A program made the position numbers and the translations under genes. Under the pieces are notes generated by a model. It made no database searches and was not told where the DNA came from. It was given only the letters and a program-made list of their open reading frames with translations. Of a DNA stretch of 16,212 nt, positions 1-9,468 are shown piece by piece. Every line of letters starts with the position of its first letter. Position 1 is the first letter of the stretch. Origin of the DNA: Trichoplax adhaerens (lineage: Eukaryota; Animalia; Placozoa); contig NW_002060971.1 in assembly GCF_000150275.1 (NCBI RefSeq), forward strand, positions 1-16,212, read 5' to 3'.

Positions 1-188
1 ATATTATCTGTCGCGGTCTTATCCTATTATAATAAAGTAGGATTGTTAAAGCGTCTATTACGATCCATTAACACTTAGTCATACTTTAGACTAATTAGTT
101 GGATTGTTTTCGGTTACTTGCAGTCATACGCTGTATTATAAGACTATTATCCGACATAGTACTATCCTATTGTAATACAGTAAGTAGG
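1..188 (+). repeat. 188-bp direct repeat, left copy (matches 16025-16212)
   Basis: atattatctgtcgcggtc...cagtaagtagg occurs at both window ends with 4 substitutions by eye. The true extent may continue outside the window. Confidence 0.97.
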
Positions 189-425
189 GTTGTAAATAGA
201 ATTTACTATTATTGATCTCATGTTTATAGAAAGGGTTAGAAACTGTATGTAGTGAAATTAAAATATAAGTTATTGAATAGATCTAACGATAATTATACGA
301 TTGTACGAGACAGACGATACTAAATAAGTTAGGTGTATGAATAGTAAGTATGCTATCCTATATAGGAAGGATTGATATCTAAAATAAAAGATAGAGTCTG
401 ATAGACTAAACATGAACTCGAAGTA

Positions 426-800
426 AAAGTTAAATTAGTATTTGACAGATGTAAACATAGCGAGATTACAAATACGCCCAAATTGGAAACATTAAATTGT
501 ATAGACAATAACAATTAATAATTAATTATAATCGGTAAAGAAATCGATGGCGGTGCTATCGTAGTAAACAGGAATTTTCGTTATATAGTAGACTTATAGC
601 GATAATAATGGTAGATAGACGACACTAAAAATTTGTATAATATCGTATAGAGTGATTGATATCCAAATTAAAAGACAGATCATATGCAAACTCCAAGGAA
701 AAAGTTAAATCAGTCTTTGATAGATGAAATACCTAAAGAGATCAGAAATACAACAAAATTGTTAGCATTAATTCGTATCGACAATAATTGTATCGAGATT
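426..800 (+). repeat. Degenerate patchwork satellite modules (X at ~426-507 and ~701-783; Y at ~590-664)
   Basis: Module X (aaagttaaattagt.tttgacagat...gagatta.aaatacg.ccaaattg...attaa.ttgtat) and module Y (agacttat.gcgat..tggtag...agacga.act...ataatatcgtatag) recur here and at 15453-15840. Confidence 0.75.
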
Positions 801-842
801 AGAAATGCGACAAAACTGTCGTATTGGCTTTTCAAGCACGAT

Positions 843-1598
843 GAATTTATGTTCATACTCTTATAGAAATTTATCATTTCTAGTAGATATTATTTAGGAT
901 AGCAGATTTTTTACAAAGCTTTTCGACCTCAAGGAGTTTATGCTCGAGCAGTTGCAGAAGTTTTAATCTTCGCTTGCAGATAACTTCTATAATAGTAGAT
1001 TTTTGCAAAGATATTTTGAGCTCAGCGACTTTATGCTCGTACTGTTCTAGAAATTAATCTCCACTTACAGGTAATATCTAGCATAGTTATAGTAATTTTT
1101 GCAAGGTTTTTCGAGCTCAGTGAGTTTATGCTCGTGCTGTTGTAAAAATTAATCTTCACTTGCAAATAATATCTAGGATAGTTAGTTTTTGCTAAGCTTT
1201 TCTGAGCTCAACGAGTTCATGCTTATGCTATTGTAGAAATTTCAATCTTCACTTATAGATAACGTCTAGGATAGTCAGTTTTGTACGGCTTTCCGAGCTT
1301 AGTGAGTTTATGCTCGTGCTATTGTAGAAATTAACCTCTACTCATAAACAATATCTAGAAATTAATGTCTACTTATAAATAATATATAGGATAGTTTTTC
1401 AAAGCTTTTCGGGCTCCACGAGTTTATGCTCATGCTGTTATAGAAATCAATCTTCACTTGTAGATAATATTTAGAATAGATAGTTTTTTCAAAGCTTATC
1501 GAGCTCGGTGAGTTCCTGCTCATGCTATTCTAGAAATTAATCTCCACTTATTGATAATGTCTAGGATAGTTAGTTTTTGCAAGGTTTTTCAAGCTCAG
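843..1598. repeat. Minisatellite, ~91-bp unit, ~8 diverged copies
   Basis: Consensus approximately gagtttatgctcgtgctgttgtagaaattaatcttcacttgcagataatatctaggatagttagtttttgcaaggtttttcgagctcagt. Units start at ~843, 934, 1027, 1122, 1213, 1304, 1420, 1510. Confidence 0.93.
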
Positions 1599-1901
1599 AA
1601 TATTCTAAGGTGCTGGATTAACGAGTATTTCGGTAAAAGACCACTCCAGTTCTAAGACGTGTAAGATAATAATAAAGAACTTGCTTATGAAGAATTAGCT
1701 TTGACAACATTTCTAGCTTTTACCTTATAACAATTTAGTTGAGCAATCTACTTAATATGTTTTCATGACTTAGGAACTTTGCTAAGCTAAGGCCAGCTTA
1801 TGAATTAGTTCTAGAAATTACGTCAATGCATCATTTTTAAATGGAAATCATGAAATAGACCATATTTAATGCAAGCATTATGACCACAAATTTTGACGAC
1901 T

Positions 1902-1907
1902 TTTATT
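1902..1907 (-). promoter_or_regulatory. Candidate polyadenylation signal AATAAA for gene A
   Basis: tttatt on + strand, ~135 nt past the stop codon. AT-rich context makes chance occurrence plausible. Confidence 0.45.
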
Positions 1908-2041
1908 GCCTTCCTTTAAATACGAATTGACTCAAATCTTATGAACTAGCAAAGAGTAAATACTTTTAATTGATATAAATAGAAGACAAAACCCGAGTAA
2001 AAAACTCGTAATAAAACTATCGCTTCGTGACGCACGAACAC

Positions 2042-5000
2042 TTATACTGTTGATTCAATGCCATACCACTGCTTTTGACCTATAATGGTTGGCTCTTTCT
2101 CATCGCCGTTAAAGTTAATGTCGATATCAGCTGATAGACCTTCCTCTTCTAATTCCTCTTCTGTTTTAGGAACGAATATTAATCTGACAATTCGCTGTGG
2201 AATAAAATAGACGTAGATCGATTTAAGTACAATTCCAGACAACTAGTGGACCCGTTCGAAATAGAATACGCTTGCTAGACTTACCTCTTTATAAGACCCG
2301 TCCATGGTAATGAATCTATAAATCCCCGGAATCACAATGCAAGCCAAAATGGACCCTGTCATTATCCAGCCTAGAAATTCACCCCACCATGGAAAAGGAA
2401 GGTTATTGCCATATACAACCGGGCTATAAAAGATGCAACTCAGAAGTACCACTACCTACAATACCAAAAAAGCAAGCCTTAAAATTTTTTAAATATTTCG
2501 TATCGATAATCACAAAGTTAGACGTCAATCATAAACCAACTTTTATCAAATACAATGATTAGACAGAGACAGTATAAGAAATTTTAAGAACGTACAAGAA
2601 CGTACAAAAATCATGACAGGAGTTAGAAAATACCAACAAACTTTCCAATGGATCCACACAGATTTTTTAGTACATCGAGCAATAGTTCTAGCAAAGCGAT
2701 TACCACCTATTCAACCCAGTTGTATCCATAATAAAATGAATTAAAGTAAGAATATCCCAAGGTATGATAACCTATATGCATCTAATATTAATTTTCCAAC
2801 CGTAAATATAGGAAACAGCAATAATCTCAACGAGAGCCGTCATGAAAAGTCCTATTTCGGCGGAATACCAATTGATCAAGGTAAAGATGTAAAACCCTCC
2901 CTATTAATGAATAGTACAAATTTACTATAAGTGATTGTCAGTCTATAATTATTTCTAAATGGGATCATATCAAAGAAATCGGATTCTAATATCAGCATCG
3001 ATTAATTATAGCTATCCAGAAATTATTCTAACCGTAGTAACACAGGCTAATCCTAGAAGATATGTAACAACGCAAATAACCAATGTTAGCAACTCCTTGT
3101 AAGGCAAATATTTAGGCCATACATCGGTGATTCCAGTTGTCATAGCTTCTATTCCACCCATCTAAATCACATATATCCGAATAAATGGGTTATTGACTGA
3201 TAGAAAGTGAAATTTACTCATCTTTTCTTTCATACCTTACACCTCCTAGAGAATTTATATTTAAATGTAATTAAATTATTTATAACAGGAAATCTTGATA
3301 GACTCACTTCAGTATCTATACCAAGTGTGATTAACATCATGAAGAAAATAATTGACCAGAAGTTAGCACCTGGTAGAGTAGCCAAACCAGCTGGATATAC
3401 CATAAATACAAGACCTGGACCTACAATATCGATCGTCTATTAGCTAATCGTTTCTCATATAGACAATTAGACATACTTCTGCTAGGATATGATAGGTGTG
3501 TTGATATTTGATCTTATAATAATCAGTAAAATAATTGTAACTCAATAATGAGTAATAGTAAACAAGATAAACAAACCTTGGCTAACTACTGACGAAACAG
3601 GAAGTCCTTGTTGTTCTGACATATATCCAATGACAGAAAAGACAACAAAACCAGCAAAGAAACTTGTAGTACAATTAATGAGACTGATACAAGTAGCGTC
3701 TCTTTATATTGAAATATTCAATTGAACGTTCAATGTTAGTTAATCAATCGTAGTTCGCAGTTTATCGAATTTCGGATACAAAATCGATATATTGCATTAC
3801 CGTAGTACATTATTACTTCTCTTGTTATAACTTGCAAAGGTAATCATTGGACCAAAAGCTGTACCTAACGAATAAAATATTTGTGTTCCTGCTCTAGCCC
3901 AAGTCTATCAATCCAAAATTAACTTCTATCAGTATGTTAATAATCAACTTATTCATCCGATATCGGAACAACATGTTATTAAGACGGCAGGATGAACATC
4001 GATCTGTGTTCTTTTATTAGTTAGTTAACATCATTCTAATGGAACTTACGCCTGCTAGCCTTAACTTATCCACATCGACTCTTAAGTAGAAGTTAATGCC
4101 TTTACCGGCTCCAGGCAAAGTAACTCCTCGGAAAAATAAGATGATCAATACGACGTAGGGAAACGTAGCAGTAACGTAAACCACCTATCAGATTTGTAAA
4201 CGTAAATGTAAATTATGTTTCAAATGGATGATAAGAAATTGACAGTTTCCCTTATTGCAATGCGAAAGGCGTATTTAATCCTTTCCCTCGTGAGATACTT
4301 GATAGTAGTATAGATTTAATTTATTTACTAATTAAGTCGTCATGACTGTAACGATACAAACAACGTCTTGAACTTTTTTAATTAACTACAATTAATACGA
4401 TGAAGTAATATAGCTCTAATTCGCAAGTAAAGTTGTCATTATGGTAATGATCAACATGGCGTCGGAACTATTCTAGTTAACTACAGTCGATACGATAAAA
4501 TAGTGAAGTCTTAACCGACTTAATAGACACTTGCTATTCTCATTTCTCTTATACATAATTGTATTGACAGTAGTATATGTCTTACCTTTCCTGACCATTT
4601 AATGCCTTTGAAGACGCAGAGATAAATAATTGTCCAAGCTAATAATAATAATAATGCGAGCTCCCATCTTACGTGACCAAACTGGGCAGGACTAGGTGTT
4701 AATCCTAGTACACGAGCGCTACAAGAGGACAGCAAATTGCATTATTGAAAATGGTGTTATGTACTACTGATGTGTGTATGGATAATCTACTATATCTTGC
4801 AATTGATTTTTTTTTATAACATTTCATTAGCTAGTTGTTACGATGCGTAAGCTCGTCCTAATGAAGATTCCTTTTTAGTTCGTTAGTCGGTTAGATAGTC
4901 AACTAGTTTTTCAATTGATATTTAATTGTAAAGACTATAATCTTGGGTGCCAAGATTCCTTCAGTAATAAATGATAGTAAATCTCTGACTATCTCGTCTA

Positions 5001-7015
5001 CATCATCTGTGACGCTATAATTATACCATAGTATTCGGTTGTTGGAACTGAATTATTTGGTGATATAGCTAATCTCGCCTCTTTAAGTTAGTAAGTGGCG
5101 TTCTACGCAAGGATTGGCGTGTGTAGACTACTTTGTCACTAGTGGTGTGTGACACTAGTTGAACATGTAATCATGAATAATATGGGTGTTAAAGATTGTT
5201 GTTATAAATAATTACTTGAAAAACTCTTGAGACGGGGAAATTCCTGACATATTCGTCTCTGAACCATTTCTAACGAAACAACTGTCGGTGTTCCAAGTAT
5301 TTCCACAAGTAGTCCACGGCAATGGACTGATAAAGCTGGCGATGAAAAAGAATAATACCCAAGCGAAAATAACGACATAGTTTATCCCAGAGAGAAAAGT
5401 CGACATCAACTGGGCATATCCAATCCCTAGTTTGCAAAAAAAAATTGTCGATATTCAACAACAGTTTCTATTTGAATAATTATGAAAATGAATGCATGGA
5501 GTCATGTCGTTATCCATACCTTCAAACATCGGGCAAATATTTTTATATGCCGTGGTAGGACCACCGCGAAAGCATTGGCCAATAGACATTTCCATAGCGA
5601 TCATAGGTATACCACAAATAAATAGGAAAAGCAGGTAGGGAATCAAGAAAGCACCTATTTCAGGGATAATGGTAAACCAACACAGTCAAGTTAATTCATA
5701 TCTTCCTTGATTGGCTTCGTATCGATAGAAAAGGTCTAACTAGCACTGTATCGAATGAAAATACTGGTAGATCGAATGTTGTTTATAATTCTTATGGACG
5801 CACCATCAACGCGTGCATGGACTAGCGCATCGATTACGCTATGGATAAAGGCAATTTTTTTCGAATCTAACTGATCTTACTTGTTCTGGACGATATGATG
5901 GAGTTTGGATTAATCTAGTCTTACTATTGCACATACATTGACGGTTAGGATTTTATTGCGATAAAGGATCAATTGAGTTGCAATTTCTTCTCGATTACGT
6001 TTCCGATGATGACTTGAAGAGATTTTATTATTTTACCTAGCAAGATAGGAAATTGTTCCATTCCCTCGATTTTATCTTTATAGACAGGCAGCACCACTAA
6101 AATTTTTGTATTAGTGCTGTACCGTACATTTGTACAGCATATAGTACACGGTATAAAGTTATTGAACCTCTGACAGGTCTATCAAATCGTAATACTATCC
6201 GTTAAATGAGCACATTATCGTAAACCGTCAGCAAAGCGACGGGAGTTTGCACTAGTATACTATTATTACTTCTTACCTCTTCAAAACATTGAAAATAACT
6301 GCACCTCTTGTTTTAATTTTACTATTCCATTAATAAAGATTATAACTTGCATTAAATACCCTATAATGAAGAAACGGTCATTTAAACCAATTAGGGCATG
6401 GAATTATGTGTGTTTAAGCGCCTGCATGACTGACCAACAAGTTTACTGGTGTCTACAGTTTATACTACAGTAGTGCCACAGTCAATATCATTGGAAGACG
6501 GTAGCCTTGAATAGCGTGTTTAATTACCTAAACTTCAGCTAGATTATAATCTTATGTTAAAAGGGTGTTGTTAAAATAGTGCAAATGAATGAGAGGACTG
6601 GATATCAAGCATTGTGCTCGCTTGTGCCGGTAACAACGTTATTGAAGGCAGAGAAATTGCTAACTTTAATGAATTCAATGGAATTAATAAGTATAAAGAT
6701 GTTCAAGGGGATGTTAAATAGTTGGAATAATTAGAATGATTTAGTTGGCCAAAATAGCATGATTGAAATGGTTAAGCTAGCAAGAGATTGTATTCCAGTT
6801 AGTAATCCCTGAAAATGATAGTTAACATTACCTCCACCATTATCATAGCAAAGATAGGGAAATCTCCACAAGTTACCAAATCCAACAGCATAGCCTACAC
6901 AAGATAGGAAGAAATCAATTTTTTTATCCCAACTTTCACGATTATCATCACTATCTTCCTCTGAATTTGAAATTTGATCCTTTTCTGGATCTGTTATTTC
7001 TTTCTCTTCAACCAT
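2042..7015 (-). CDS. SLC6/NSS family Na+/Cl- dependent transporter (gene A), 13 coding exons, 597 aa, amino-acid-type (Gly at the TM1 position of SERT Asp98)
   Basis: Exons assembled by hand, all GT-AG and in frame: 7015-6832, 5654-5520, 5426-5216, 4718-4586, 4184-4050, 3904-3801, 3701-3577, 3420-3308, 3161-3033, 2900-2801, 2706-2606, 2455-2285, 2194-2042 (sum 1794 nt, ends TAA). NSS motifs: [59 protein letters not shown] (EL2 disulfide; sequons NGS and NMS), [29 protein letters not shown]...[20 protein letters not shown]. Exon sizes 135/104/125/113/100 match the familiar animal SLC6 exon pattern. Confidence 0.96.
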
Positions 7016-7045
7016 TTTATTATTAGTAGCAATTGAGAATATTAG

Positions 7046-7060
7046 CTACAAAAAGAAATT
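7046..7060 (-). other. Candidate splice acceptor 30 nt upstream of the gene A ATG (5' intron)
   Basis: Minus strand reads aatttctttttgtag|CTAATATTC...AAAATG: polypyrimidine tract plus AG. Confidence 0.5.
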
Positions 7061-8359
7061 CAAGTTCTAGATAAAGAAATCAAGTTTTAATCGAGTTAGA
7101 ATCAATTGGATGATGGATAGAAATGAATTTATCTAGGCAAAAATTGCCAACGTCATTTTACCTTGGACCTATTGAAATTGTGTTTTGATCTTACGCGATA
7201 GGATGGTCTAAAGAAACGTCACTAGATTTTCCGTTGAATTTTATTTATTCGTCGCCTAATGTTTTATCCTAAAAAATAATTCATCAACCCATTAGACATT
7301 GCATCCTATAAATATGACCTCCATCTATTATTGTAAAACCTTTTTACTGTTGTTTAGAACTACTATTGGAAGATATGACAACTAGATGAAAGGATCTAGC
7401 CATTGTAAATAGTAACATAATTTCAACAATGCATTATTTCTCAATGGACCAAGGACTCAGGTAATGGCCTATTCACATAGTCTAATTAAAAAATATGTAG
7501 ATCAATGCTCGATGAAATGTCAACAGTAGCATTCCTTTTGCTACAAACGAGTGATTAGAGAAATATGTTTCTATAGCAAATGTCAATAATGGCAGTTTTG
7601 GATAAATTAAAACTATGCATTGTAAGCGCAGCACAACATGATTTGGCTTTTTCAAAGACTTACCTATTTACGGTTAGCTTGTGACAATCGCTTATTGCTT
7701 CTACTTTAGTAGCATGAGATGATGCTAAGAAAGCTATTATTAAGCGGATTAATGGCAATGTGGTAGTTTTCTTGACGATTATCGATTCCATTCGTCTTTG
7801 ACTAACGGAGCTGATCACACCTTTATAACCTGATAATTTATAGCATTTTATTATTATCGGATTCATTTTAACACCATAGATTGCTTGATAAAATCGTCTA
7901 GGATAAACTTCTACTATGCCCTGAAAAATCAATTAATTTAATTACAATCACTTTATTCACTTAAAGAAATGATAGCATAATTAATCAATTGTTCCGGCAT
8001 TGCTTTCAACTCATTGCTGAAAATCTTGCTCAGATCGTATCCATGGCGATTAAAACATCAACACAATCGCAAGATGCTGGAAAAATCAATTTATAGCGCT
8101 CTTATTTTAAAACTTGGCCGGATACCTCATAGCAAGGCGTACGTACATTGGACTAATTTTGCCGTTTCCAAAGTCCTAATGGTATACTCTTAGTATATCC
8201 TGCTAAGTTAATAAATTGTCTTTATTTAGTCTCTAAATCTTGTAATCTAACTCAGTGCTTTACTATTTCTATACTGTATTATACTCTCATATAATAACTA
8301 CAGGAAATACTGCAATAGCACAAATGTCAGAATCACAACAAGCTAGCATGAAATGCTTC

Positions 8360-8913
8360 ATTTGAATTATTTTTAATAGAGGATTTCGATATTGTGGTGT
8401 GATTCAATTAAATCTATTTATCATGAACTTGAATTACTCAGTTAATTACGAGACCGTAAATAAAATTGAATATTTTTCATCCAATTTAGGAGTTATCAAT
8501 AACAATAATAATTCTGATTTTTGCATAATTGGATATTTCCAAGTTTATCAAAAACTTTTCTCATGTAGATAAATAGCCATAAATTATAATATCTCTTTGC
8601 TGGTAGTTAAATGGCTGTTAAGAGATTGATATAGACGCACTGCTTACTATCATTCCAGGTTGGAATGATTCAATCGGCTAAAGTATTTATGCCATATTGT
8701 ATGATTTCGATTGATTATTATTCAAAATTTACACTCTCACGGCAGATGGTAAAATTAACACTACGATTGGTGACCAAGTTTCATTGCTGAGAATTAGCAA
8801 GGGCTCGTTATTGATTTTAAATTACGTCTGTTTCTCATAGGAATGATCGTTTGCATACGCTCCTATAACGGAGTTATATTATTACCAATCGCTTTATTCG
8901 TCGTTATCACGAT
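8360..8913 (+). repeat. ~550-bp non-coding duplicated block, copy 1 (upstream of gene A)
   Basis: Colinear with 13812-14381, roughly 80% identical by eye. Shared exact runs include agataaatagccataaattat, aaatggctgttaagagattgatatag and gtatgatttcgattgatta. Confidence 0.92.
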
Positions 8914-9085
8914 ACGTAAAAGTGCTAGTGATCAGTGACAGCTATATAAAGCTCTTTAATAATATACTGATCGCATAGCATGTTGTAATAAGTGTCTTCT
9001 TAAAAATAAGATAAGAACTACAGTTTCTTATAAGTTTTACTTTATTGCATAAGTTAGGTTCGTCTCACTACCAAGGACTACAACA

Positions 9086-9468
9086 AGGCGAAAAATAGGA
9101 GCTAATTGTTTTCGTGGAAGCAGTGGTGCAATATTATCGATATTAAAAGTATACGGGCCTCGAAAATTAGTTTGATCATAGATCCAATTGTTATCTAATT
9201 CACTATATGTGTTAAAGACTTAATAGTCAAAGATTGCGCTAAATCAACGCTCTGTTTAGCTGGGTAATAATATTCAGGTTATGTTGGTCGATAAGCAATA
9301 ATGTAATTTTCTGTTGCCTTATGCTACTGATAACTGACGCTTAGGTCAAAAAAATATGAGCTAATCTTTTGCCAGGAAGGGGTAGCACAGTATTATCAAT
9401 ATTAAGAATAAGTGGTCACCAAGGATTAGGGATTAAATTCGATCTGATTACTATTTAATTTACTATAT
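9086..9468 (+). repeat. Old local duplication, ~125-bp segments at 9086-9208 and 9343-9468
   Basis: aaaaataggagctaat...ggaag...tattatcgatattaa...attag...gatc..att..tat.taatt.actatat is repeated at an offset of ~260 nt. Confidence 0.65.

Noticed and set aside
684-866. 60-aa ORF on + strand
   Set aside because: Lies in repeat module X and runs into the minisatellite; no recognisable protein features.
843-1598. CRISPR array
   Set aside because: Whole units are repeated with no unique spacers, there are no cas genes, and the context is eukaryotic.
3207-3443. 78-aa ORF on + strand
   Set aside because: Antisense shadow of gene A exon 8, with a non-ATG start.
5270-5461. 63-aa minus-strand ORF
   Set aside because: Alternative frame over gene A exon 3 and its intron.
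6088-6155. Nested short inverted repeats in intron 1 (tgctgtac...gtacagca), and similar ones near 5135-5160, 9674-9712 and 11370-11395
   Set aside because: Stems of 6-9 bp are expected by chance in 16 kb of AT-rich DNA, with no supporting context.
6832-7015. Assigning gene A as SERT/DAT/NET or GAT
   Set aside because: It lacks the TM1 Asp of monoamine transporters and the TM10 insertion of the GAT subfamily, so no specific symbol can be supported.
7660-7932. 90-aa minus-strand ORF as extra coding exon or gene
   Set aside because: Non-ATG start, no motif, and its donor phase does not join the gene A frame at the 7046 acceptor.
8470-8680. Duplicated block as a GPCR-like or SLC6-derived pseudogene
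   Set aside because: Only fleeting peptide resemblance (e.g. PGMIV). The frames I read contain stops, and the copies differ by non-triplet indels.
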